This document shows, one piece after another, positions 48,278 to 55,877 of a stretch of DNA of 64,000 bases (position 1 is its first letter; every line of letters starts with the position of its first letter). Source of the stretch: Candidatus Omnitrophota bacterium (GTDB taxonomy: Bacteria > Omnitrophota > Gorgyraeia > Gorgyraeales > Gorgyraeaceae); assembly GCA_003485765.1 (NCBI GenBank), contig DNHS01000051.1:71747-135746 (forward strand), given 5' to 3'. A model generated the notes under the pieces. That model worked only from the letters and a program-made list of their open reading frames with translations, made no database searches and was not told where the DNA came from. The position numbers were made by a program, and so were the translations under genes.

Positions 48278-48976
48278 TCATGCTAACTCTAATTGCTTAA
48301 GTGCCTTAGCTGGATCCTTTGCCTTTGTAACAGGCCTTCCTATTACAATATAATCAGCGCCTCTTTGAAAGGCTTCTTTAGGCGTAGTTACTCTTTTCTG
48401 GTCCCCTGTTTCAGATCCTTCAGGCCTAACCCCGGGAGTAACTATTAAAAAATCTTTTCCTGTATTTTTCCTTATCGCAGTTATTTCTTCAGGCGATGCC
48501 ACCACGCCATCTAAACCAGCCTCTTTAGCCAGCCCTGCCAGATTTAATACCTCTTCTTCTGGAGTTTTAAGTATTCCTATTTTGTTCAAAGCCGTCTTAT
48601 TAAGACTGGTGAGAACTGTTACTCCTAAAATTTTAGGCCTTGCCATGCCTAGCTTTTCGCTTTCTTCTTCTGCGCCCTCTACTGCCTTCTTCATCATGTC
48701 AATCCCGCCTGATGCGTGCACATTGAACATAAATACGCCAAACCTAACAGCTACTTTACTGGCTGCATAAACTGTGTTTGGAATATCATGGAATTTCAGG
48801 TCCAGGAAAATATCTTTGTCGTATTTTTTGACAAGTTCGATTGCCTTTACGCCGCAAGAGTAAAATAACTCCATGCCTATCTTAAAAACCTGCGCTTCAC
48901 TGCTCAGAGCATCCAGAAGCCTCTCTTCTTCCTTCAGCGTATTCACATCCAGCGCTATTATTATCCTATCTTTCAT
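48278..48976 (-). CDS. pyrF: Orotidine 5'-phosphate decarboxylase
   Basis: IIALDV...KIGMELF...DLKFHDIPNTV. Start at MKDRIIIALD. The longer ORF to 49012 (MLKCKVV...) translates the palindromic repeat and is rejected. Confidence 0.85.
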   Translation of the reverse strand: MKDRIIIALDVNTLKEEERLLDALSSEAQVFKIGMELFYSCGVKAIELVKKYDKDIFLDLKFHDIPNTVYAASKVAVRFGVFMFNVHASGGIDMMKKAVEGAEEESEKLGMARPKILGVTVLTSLNKTALNKIGILKTPEEEVLNLAGLAKEAGLDGVVASPEEITAIRKNTGKDFLIVTPGVRPEGSETGDQKRVTTPKEAFQRGADYIVIGRPVTKAKDPAKALKQLELA

Positions 48977-48992
48977 CTTTTTCCCGCTCTCA

Positions 48993-49033
48993 ACAACTTT
49001 ACACTTTAACAATGTTAGAATGTAAAGTTGTTT
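48993..49033. repeat. Palindromic element, subfamily a: ACAACTTTACActttaacaatgttagaaTGTAAAGTTGT, overlapping the pyrD stop and upstream of pyrF
   Basis: See 29116-29153. Confidence 0.6.
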
Positions 49034-49946
49034 AATTTTTTATATTTAGATTGCCTATTATATCTTCTATTTTCTCTATCTTATGCTTCTTTAAATAGCC
49101 TTCTATGCCTTTTACTATTTTAATGCAGACGCCTGGCTCTATAAAATTAGCAGTGCCTACCTGGATAGCTACAGCTCCTGCTATCATAAATTCAATAGCG
49201 TCATTAGCGTTCATTATACCACCTATACCTATCACAGGGATATTGATATTCTTCGAGACTTCATAAACCATTCTTAAGGCTATTGGTTTTATGCAAGGCC
49301 CGCTCAAACCGCCTGTAATATTGCCGAGTTTTGGCTTTCTCGTATCTATGTCTATAGCCATCCCAAAAAACGTATTCACAAGGCTCACTGCATCAGAGCC
49401 GGCATTCTCAGCTGCCTTAGCAATCCCAACTATATCCGTCACATTTGGAGAAAGTTTTGTAATAATAGTTTTATCTGTTATCTTTCTCACAGCTTTTACA
49501 ACTTCATACGTTTCTTTTGTATCCTGCGCTACCAAACCTTCGCACTTAATATTCGGGCACGATATATTTAACTCTATCCCGCTTATGCTTTTTATTTTAT
49601 CCAGCCTTCTCGCAAGAATAAAAAACTCATCTATATTGTTTCCTGATATGCTAACGATAATGGGCGCGCCTATCTTAGAAAGATACGGCATTTTTTCTTT
49701 TAAAAAATTATCTATACCTTCGTTCTGAAGCCCTATTGCATTTAGCATTCCCGCTGAAGTCTCGCATATCCTGGGCATTGGATTGCCCTGTCTCGGGTTT
49801 AAAGTAATTGTCTTTGTAATAATCGCGCCTATATGTTTTAAGTTAACTAATTTTTCAAATTCCTTGGCATACCCAAATGTGCCTGAAGCAGCCATGACAG
49901 GATTCTTAAGTTTTATCTTGCCTATCTTCACTCCCAACTCCGCCAT
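49032..49946 (-). CDS. pyrD: Dihydroorotate dehydrogenase catalytic subunit (class 1B)
   Basis: NPVMAASGTFGYAKEF...ETSAGMLNAIGLQNEG...; 304 aa; adjacent to pyrK. Confidence 0.85.
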   Translation of the reverse strand: MAELGVKIGKIKLKNPVMAASGTFGYAKEFEKLVNLKHIGAIITKTITLNPRQGNPMPRICETSAGMLNAIGLQNEGIDNFLKEKMPYLSKIGAPIIVSISGNNIDEFFILARRLDKIKSISGIELNISCPNIKCEGLVAQDTKETYEVVKAVRKITDKTIITKLSPNVTDIVGIAKAAENAGSDAVSLVNTFFGMAIDIDTRKPKLGNITGGLSGPCIKPIALRMVYEVSKNINIPVIGIGGIMNANDAIEFMIAGAVAIQVGTANFIEPGVCIKIVKGIEGYLKKHKIEKIEDIIGNLNIKN

Positions 49947-49965
49947 CTTTCAGTCCTTTCCTATC

Positions 49966-50007
49966 AAACAACTTTACAAATTAACAATGTCAAAATGTAA
50001 AGTTGTT
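49966..50007. repeat. Palindromic element, subfamily a: ACAACTTTACAaattaacaatgtcaaaaTGTAAAGTTGTT, between pyrK and pyrD
   Basis: See 29116-29153. Confidence 0.6.
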
Positions 50008-50785
50008 ACCATAAAAGTTCATTGGCGTTAAAGATTGGGCCGTCTTTACAGGCAAGTTTATTGCCTGATTTTGTTTTGACAGCACAGCCTAAGCACGCGC
50101 CAATGCCGCAGGCCATCTTTTCTTCTAATGACACCTGGCATTCAAATTTTCGCTCCTGGCATATATCCGCAATACATTTAAGCATTTCATGCGGCCCGCA
50201 AACATATACAATGGTTTCAAATTTACTTTCTGTAGTTTTTAAAATCTTATGGAATAACTTTGACACAAAACCCTGCGAGCCATAAGTGCCGTCATCAGTA
50301 GAAACATAAACCTCAGGCGTGGCCTTTTTGAAATCTTTCTCGCATAAAATCAGATTTTTTGTTTTCGCTCCTATTAATACAATTGTCTTTATCTTCTTTT
50401 TCGTTAATTCTTCTGCAAGATATACGAGTGGCGCAGCGCCTATGCCGCCGGCGATTATAATCGCTCTAGGCTCGCCATTCATCGCTCGTGGCAATGTAAA
50501 ACCATTACCTAAGGGGCCCAAAACATCTATCTTGTCTCCTTCTTTTTTATTTGAAAGAATCTCTGTTCCTCTGCCTACCGTTTCATATAAAATTTCTATA
50601 TTTCTATTCACCCTGTGTATACTGAACGGCCTTCTTAAAAGCGGCTCAAAAGAATCGCTGCACTTGATTTGCGCAAACTGCCCAGGTTTTGCTGTCCTTG
50701 CAATATAAGGCGCATCAAGGGACATCTTATAATATCCAAGCCCTATTCTTCTATTCAATAAAATTCTAGCTTTTATATCTTTCAC
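50006..50785 (-). CDS. pyrK: Dihydroorotate dehydrogenase electron-transfer subunit (FAD/NAD-binding plus 2Fe-2S)
   Basis: PGQFAQIK, RRPFSI, GGIGAAP, C-terminal CGIGACLGCAV cluster. GTG start. Confidence 0.8.
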   Translation of the reverse strand: MKDIKARILLNRRIGLGYYKMSLDAPYIARTAKPGQFAQIKCSDSFEPLLRRPFSIHRVNRNIEILYETVGRGTEILSNKKEGDKIDVLGPLGNGFTLPRAMNGEPRAIIIAGGIGAAPLVYLAEELTKKKIKTIVLIGAKTKNLILCEKDFKKATPEVYVSTDDGTYGSQGFVSKLFHKILKTTESKFETIVYVCGPHEMLKCIADICQERKFECQVSLEEKMACGIGACLGCAVKTKSGNKLACKDGPIFNANELLW

Positions 50786-50812
50786 TTTTAACCTTAACCC
50801 TTTAACTTTAAA

Positions 50813-52045
50813 CTAAAATAGGTCTAACTGTTTCTCGCCAACATTATCTTTTTCTTTTAATATCTCTATTGTGCCATACTCTCCATCAAAACCTGGCAAT
50901 ATATTCACATTTCCGTTTCTCACATTTATAATTGCCTTTGCAATTTTTATTGGCAGCTCCCTTAAAAGTTTATCCTCATTAACCTCTGTAAGAACTTCGA
51001 GTTCTGTCCCAAGCCGCGGGATTATTGCGCGATATTCTGCATTAACCGCTTTAGAAGCAACTCCAACTCCTACTGTGTCTGCAATTATTTCTGCAAGCGG
51101 TATCATTCTTTTAAAAGGAATGCTATTCTCAGGGACAAAACCAGCAGATCTGTCTGCAAGCTCACTAACCCTATTCATAACGCCTATTGTAAGAGATTTT
51201 CCGCACGCAGGGCATATATTTTTATTTTTCCTGGTTTCTTCCGGGCTAAATCTTACATTGCAGGCCCTGTGGCCATCGTAATGATATTTCCCTTCTTCAG
51301 GGAAAAATTCAATTGTATAAAGAAATTTATTTTTGTCTTTTTTCTTCAATGTATCTATAACCGCTTTATAGCTCATTTCAATATCAAATACATTCGCCTC
51401 TCTACCTATCTTCTGCGGGCTGTGAGAATCGGAATTTGATATAAGATTAAACCTGTCCAGCTTGCTCCATTGCCAATTCATGCCCGGGTCTGAAGAAAGC
51501 CCTGTTTCCAGGGCATATATATCTTTAGTGTATTCTCCGAAACATTCCTCTATTGAATCAAAACCTGACTTGGAGCCGAAAAGCGAAAACCACGGTGTCC
51601 AGATATGGCCTGGCACTAGAAATATATCTTTACTGATGCCGAATAAAAGTTCTGCCAAATCCTTGGCGTCTATACCTATAATAGGCCTTCCGTCGTACGC
51701 AATATTCCCATAACCTGAAAGAACAGAGTTTACTTTATCAGCAATATCGAAACTCGGCGCAAAAATAACATTATGGATCTTTCTGACCCTGCCATTTTTA
51801 GAATATATGCTGGATATCTCTCCTGTGAGCATAAAATTCACGCTGTTATATTCAAACAAACCATTGCCTGAATCCTTTAATGTGGTTTTTAATTCTTCCA
51901 GCCATAGATAGTGCGTAAAATCTCCTGTGCCCAATAAAGATACACCCTTAAGCTTTGCGTATTCCGAAAGCGTTTTTATATTCATGTCAGGGCTTGTGGC
52001 GCGGCTATATTTAGAATGTATATGGAAATCAGCTGCAAACTTCAT
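50813..52045 (-). CDS. PHP-domain protein resembling endonuclease Q (EndoQ; TIGR00375-type)
   Basis: MKFAADFHIHSKYSRATSPDM N-terminal PHP His cluster; HIWTPWFS; zinc finger CNVRFSPEETRKNKNICPACGKSL. 410 aa. Assignment from memory of the EndoQ family pattern. Confidence 0.5.
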   Translation of the reverse strand: MKFAADFHIHSKYSRATSPDMNIKTLSEYAKLKGVSLLGTGDFTHYLWLEELKTTLKDSGNGLFEYNSVNFMLTGEISSIYSKNGRVRKIHNVIFAPSFDIADKVNSVLSGYGNIAYDGRPIIGIDAKDLAELLFGISKDIFLVPGHIWTPWFSLFGSKSGFDSIEECFGEYTKDIYALETGLSSDPGMNWQWSKLDRFNLISNSDSHSPQKIGREANVFDIEMSYKAVIDTLKKKDKNKFLYTIEFFPEEGKYHYDGHRACNVRFSPEETRKNKNICPACGKSLTIGVMNRVSELADRSAGFVPENSIPFKRMIPLAEIIADTVGVGVASKAVNAEYRAIIPRLGTELEVLTEVNEDKLLRELPIKIAKAIINVRNGNVNILPGFDGEYGTIEILKEKDNVGEKQLDLF

Positions 52046-53316
52046 GCCTTATATATAACCTTTCCTTTATAAATAGTATATTCAACTACGCCTTTTAACT
52101 TTCTTCCTATAAAAGCTGAATTTTTTGATTTGGACACAAAACCAACTTTATTAACAACCCACTCCTTGTCAGGCGACACGATAGTTATGTCGGCGTCTTT
52201 ACCAGAACCAAGTGTCCCTTTATTTATATCCAGAATTCTCGCAGGATTAAGAGAAATCTTTTTTACGAGCTCGCTCCATGTTAATAACCCCTTACCTGTC
52301 AGTTCAGTAACACTTACTGCAAGCTCTGTTTCTAAGCCTATGCTTCCAAATTCTGCATGTTCAAATTCTATCTCTTTTTCATTTTCAGTATGAGGGGCGT
52401 GATCAGAGGCAATAACATCTATGGTCCCGTCTCTTAACCCTTCCTTTATTGCCAGAACATCATCTTTTGTCCTTAAGGGCGGATTAACTTTCATACTTGT
52501 ATTATAGTCCAAAAGATCCTCTTCATTTAAAGTAAAATAATGCGGGGCAGTTTCGCTAGTTACCTTCACGCCCCTTAATTTTCCTTTTCTTATTATTTCT
52601 ACCGACTCGCCGGCGCTCACATGAGCAATGTGTACGCTTGCGCCAATTTCTTCTGCAAGCTTTATATCCCTCGCCACCCTTTTATATTCAGATTCTTTTG
52701 AAATCCCTCTTAAGCCCATCCTTGTTGATGTAAAACCCCTGTTAACTAAGCCCTTGCCTGAAAGCGATTTATCTTCTGAATGGCATATTACAAGAACCTT
52801 TTCTTTTCTTGCCTCTTTAAACGCTTTTAACATTAAATCGTCGCTGTCAACTGATCCGCCATCATCTGAAATTGCGATTATCCCTTCTTTTTTTAATGCG
52901 CTAATATCCGCCAATTCTTTACCAGCCCTTCCGATTGTAATTGCCCCGCATATAAATACTCCTACATTTGCCGTCTTTTTAATAATATCGCTCAGCGTCT
53001 TGATAACCCCTGCAGAATCAAGGCTTGGTAATGTATTTGGCATGGCGAGAACGCTTGTAACCCCGCCTTTAGCCGCAGCCTTTGTGCCGCTAAAAACAGT
53101 TTCTTTATCCTCTCTGCCAGGTTCTCTCAAATGAACATGCATGTCGACAATTCCAGGCATCACAATTTTTCCTACAGCGTCAATAACTGTTTCAGCTTTG
53201 GCATCCAAACCAAAGCCTACTTTGGATATTTTCTCGCCTTCTACCAGAATATCCATTACTTCGTCTATTTTATTGCCAGGATCTACTACATGGCCATTTT
53301 TAATAAGTAACTTCAT
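52042..53316 (-). CDS. pyrC: Dihydroorotase
   Basis: PGIVDMHVHLREPG; 424 aa. Confidence 0.85.
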   Translation of the reverse strand: MKLLIKNGHVVDPGNKIDEVMDILVEGEKISKVGFGLDAKAETVIDAVGKIVMPGIVDMHVHLREPGREDKETVFSGTKAAAKGGVTSVLAMPNTLPSLDSAGVIKTLSDIIKKTANVGVFICGAITIGRAGKELADISALKKEGIIAISDDGGSVDSDDLMLKAFKEARKEKVLVICHSEDKSLSGKGLVNRGFTSTRMGLRGISKESEYKRVARDIKLAEEIGASVHIAHVSAGESVEIIRKGKLRGVKVTSETAPHYFTLNEEDLLDYNTSMKVNPPLRTKDDVLAIKEGLRDGTIDVIASDHAPHTENEKEIEFEHAEFGSIGLETELAVSVTELTGKGLLTWSELVKKISLNPARILDINKGTLGSGKDADITIVSPDKEWVVNKVGFVSKSKNSAFIGRKLKGVVEYTIYKGKVIYKA

Positions 53317-54268
53317 TCTTTATATCCTTATCTTTTGCTTGAGAAACCCAGAATAAAACCGCCATCCTGACTGCAATTCCATTCGTAACCTGCTCCAATA
53401 TTACAGAATTCCCGCCGTCAGCAACCTCGCTCGATATTTCAACCCCTCTATTTATAGGGCCTGGATGCATGACAATAATATCTTTTTTGGCTTTTTTCAA
53501 TCTCTCTTCTGTGATTCCGAAACTTTTAAAATATCCCAGCTGGCTCGGGAATGCCTTCATATCATCCCGCTCAAACTGCATCCTTAATACATTTACAGCG
53601 TCAGCTTCGCTCAGCGCTTCATCTATATTATCCGTAACTTTAACCCCCATCCTCTCTATCCCAGGAGGAATCAGAATCTTTGGCGCGCAAACAGTTACCT
53701 TTGCCCCAAATTTGGTCAAACCCCATATATTCGATCGAGCTACCCTGGAATGCGCGATGTCTCCCACTATACTTACATTCAAACCCTCTAACTTACCAGT
53801 TTTTTTCCTCAATGTGAACATATCTAAAAGCGCCTGCGTAGGATGTTCATGCCAGCCGTCTCCCGCGTTTATTACGCTTATATTCACATTGCGGGCCAGC
53901 ATAGTGGCTGCGCCTGAACAATTATGCCTCACCACAATAATATCCGCTTTTAAAGCCTCTATATTTTTGCCGGTATCGTTCAAAGTCTCGCCTTTTCTCA
54001 CGCTTGAAGACTCTACTGCAATATTTATAACATCAGCTGAGAGCCTTTTGGCAGCCACTTCAAAAGACACTCTGGTCCTTGTAGACGGCTCGTAAAATAG
54101 ATTTACCACTGTTTTGCCGCGCAGCGCAGGAACCTTCTTGATTTTTCTACCAAGGATTTCCCTGAAAGATTCAGCTGTGTCCAAAAGAAGCTCTATATCT
54201 TCTTTTGAAAGATATTCTAACCCCAAAAGATCTTTATGAGCCCACAATGTTCTTTTCTTCTTTGTCAT
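53300..54268 (-). CDS. pyrB: Aspartate carbamoyltransferase catalytic subunit
   Basis: STRTRVSFE (carbamoyl-phosphate-binding STRTR), HCP-like region, 322 aa. Confidence 0.9.
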   Translation of the reverse strand: MTKKKRTLWAHKDLLGLEYLSKEDIELLLDTAESFREILGRKIKKVPALRGKTVVNLFYEPSTRTRVSFEVAAKRLSADVINIAVESSSVRKGETLNDTGKNIEALKADIIVVRHNCSGAATMLARNVNISVINAGDGWHEHPTQALLDMFTLRKKTGKLEGLNVSIVGDIAHSRVARSNIWGLTKFGAKVTVCAPKILIPPGIERMGVKVTDNIDEALSEADAVNVLRMQFERDDMKAFPSQLGYFKSFGITEERLKKAKKDIIVMHPGPINRGVEISSEVADGGNSVILEQVTNGIAVRMAVLFWVSQAKDKDIKNEVTY

Positions 54269-54803
54269 CCTGTATTTCCTCTATAGCAACGTTATCCTCG
54301 TTATCTATTTCCTGCAATTTTACCTGCACAAGCTCTTTCTGCGATGTGGGAATATTCTTTCCCACGTAATCAGCTCTTATAGGAAGTTCCCGATGGCCCC
54401 TATCAATCAAGACTGCCAATTGTATTGTCCTAGGCCTGCCAAAATCTATAAGAGCGTCCAGGCCACATCTGATAGTTCTGCCTGTGTATAAAACATCGTC
54501 CACGAGCACTATATTTTTATTCTCTATATCAAAATCTATCTCTGTATTATGAATCACGGGCTGTTCTGATATAGCGCTTAAATCATCCCTGTAAAAGGTT
54601 ATATCCAATGCCCCTACGTCTAATTTGGCGCCATAGAGGTTATTTATCACTTTTGCGATGCGCTCTGCAAGGATATATCCTCTTGTCCTTATCCCGATTA
54701 TAACAAGGCCTTTAACGCCTTTATTATTTTCTATAATCTCGTGGCTTATTCTTGTAATCGAGCGTTCTATCTCTTCCTTTGTAAAAACCTGTTTCAATGG
54801 CAT
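54234..54803 (-). CDS. pyrR: Bifunctional pyrimidine operon regulator / uracil phosphoribosyltransferase
   Basis: VLVDDVLYTGRTIR PRPP motif; 189 aa; first gene of the operon with an attenuator-like leader. Confidence 0.85.
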   Translation of the reverse strand: MPLKQVFTKEEIERSITRISHEIIENNKGVKGLVIIGIRTRGYILAERIAKVINNLYGAKLDVGALDITFYRDDLSAISEQPVIHNTEIDFDIENKNIVLVDDVLYTGRTIRCGLDALIDFGRPRTIQLAVLIDRGHRELPIRADYVGKNIPTSQKELVQVKLQEIDNEDNVAIEEIQDDKEEKNIVGS

Positions 54804-54863
54804 ATGAACCTCGTTTTAATAATCGCATCGTAGGGGACAGGCATGCCTATCCCCTACAGATTC

Positions 54864-54898
54864 AAAAAAAATGGACGTATCTTTTTCTGATTACGCCC
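54864..54898 (-). terminator. Leader attenuator terminator upstream of pyrR: RNA hairpin GGGCGUA-(12 nt loop)-UACGUCC followed by AUUUUUUUU
   Basis: Plus strand shows A8 (54864-54871), then GGACGTATCTTTTTCTGATTACGCCC. On the minus-strand transcript this is a stem followed by a U-run, ~60 nt before the pyrR RBS. Confidence 0.55.
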
Positions 54899-54934
54899 TT
54901 GTATTAAAATAATACTATATATTATATTCACTTT

Positions 54935-54972
54935 TTTACTCCCTTTTCAGCCTCTCTGTGCTGATTTAAAGG
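54935..54972 (-). promoter_or_regulatory. PyrR-binding loop in the pyrR leader RNA: UUUAAAUCAGCACAGAGAGGCUGAAAAGGGAG
   Basis: Matches the conserved PyrR box (..UCCAGAGAGGCU.G.AAGG..) known from Bacillus pyr leaders. It sits between the promoter and the terminator hairpin. Confidence 0.55.
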
Positions 54973-54987
54973 TATCTACTAAAATTG

Positions 54988-55015
54988 ATTATATCATTTA
55001 TTTACCCCGTGTCAA
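54988..55015 (-). promoter_or_regulatory. Sigma-70-type promoter of the pyr operon: TTGACA-N16-TATAAT
   Basis: Minus strand reads TCTTGACACGGGGTAAATAAATGATATAATCAA. -35 at complement 55010-55015, -10 at complement 54988-54993. Confidence 0.55.
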
Positions 55016-55099
55016 GATTTTTTCGTACTTGAAAAAATCACATACTCTTCCGATAGGCCAAGATAATCATTTATATGGTTTGAATCAAATCTGAAGTTT

Positions 55100-55378
55100 T
55101 TATGCCTTCGATACTAATTTACCGTTCACATACTTATGCACTATACTTGTAATCAGTGTCTGATATAGAATACCCTCATCTACGGCTTTAGTTTGAATAC
55201 CAATAAAATCCTGCTTGGACATACGGATACTAATCCTCTGATCTTTTTTCAAGGCATTTCTGGCATATTCAGCATATTTTTTGATCTCAGCCGCCATATT
55301 TTTAACTGGTTTCCACTCTCCTCTTTCAATAGATGATGATAACTCTTGTTCTTCTTTATCAAGTTGATAATTGCGCAT
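55100..55378 (-). CDS. brnA: BrnA-type antitoxin (ribbon-helix-helix)
   Basis: LDKEEQELSSSIERGEWKPV...KDQRISIRMSKQDFIGIQTKAVDEGILYQTLITSIVHKYVNG matches the BrnA family pattern. Confidence 0.7.
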   Translation of the reverse strand: MRNYQLDKEEQELSSSIERGEWKPVKNMAAEIKKYAEYARNALKKDQRISIRMSKQDFIGIQTKAVDEGILYQTLITSIVHKYVNGKLVSKA

Positions 55379-55379
55379 C

Positions 55380-55658
55380 TTAATCGCCTCCCTGTCTTAA
55401 ATATTCCTTGGCCAGCTTACGGCTAGGAATAATAGTTTTAAGAAATAAATCATTTCCCGCCTTAACAAATGGAACATAATAAACGTAATTGTTTAACCCC
55501 ACAACAAAGGCCCTCTGGCCCTTGTATTTTTTACTGGGATTTTGGATAATAGCCAATACCTGTTGATTTTCAATACAAACCAATATCTCTTCAAATGAAA
55601 TATCCCGTTCAGTTTTTAACTTTTGATTTTTAGCTGGATCCCAGTAAATGTTTCCCAT
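55380..55658 (-). CDS. brnT: BrnT-type toxin (DUF497, RelE-like fold)
   Basis: MGNIYWDPAKNQKLKTERDISFEE...QRAFVVGLNNYVYYVPFVKAGNDLFLKTIIPSRKLAKEY matches the BrnT pattern (FEWD..K...N..KHG..F). ATG at 55658 preferred over the GTG at 55673. Confidence 0.7.
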   Translation of the reverse strand: MGNIYWDPAKNQKLKTERDISFEEILVCIENQQVLAIIQNPSKKYKGQRAFVVGLNNYVYYVPFVKAGNDLFLKTIIPSRKLAKEYLRQGGD

Positions 55659-55693
55659 AAAATAAGTATACACTATTATGTGCTAAATGTCAA

Positions 55694-55719
55694 TACATTT
55701 AGCACGAAAATAGACCACA
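55694..55719. promoter_or_regulatory. Perfect inverted repeat GTGCTAAATG-tcaata-CATTTAGCAC upstream of brnT: candidate TA operator
   Basis: 10-bp arms, 36 nt upstream of the brnT start. Confidence 0.5.
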
Positions 55720-55877
55720 ACTTTCTGACGAGATTAATCTCATAAAGTTTAACTATATGCAAGACTAAATTTATATGGTGGTAATTGGTGAGTCAGCGGA
55801 GGTACCGCCAATATTCTTCAAGATGGCCGCTCGAACAATATTGGCCCCTGTTTTTGTTCCTTCCTTATATATCGTCC

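Noticed and set aside
54829-54856. Second hairpin GUAGGGGAUAGGCAUGCCUGUCCCCUAC between the attenuator terminator and the pyrR RBS, considered as an additional terminator
   Set aside because: No U-tract follows it on the transcribed strand. It may be part of the attenuator's alternative structures or an mRNA stabiliser, and is not called as a separate terminator.
55809-55844. Inverted repeat CCAATATT-N20-AATATTGG just downstream of the giant gene, considered as its terminator
   Set aside because: On the minus-strand transcript the hairpin is not followed by a U-run. The T-run is on the wrong side for a minus-strand gene.
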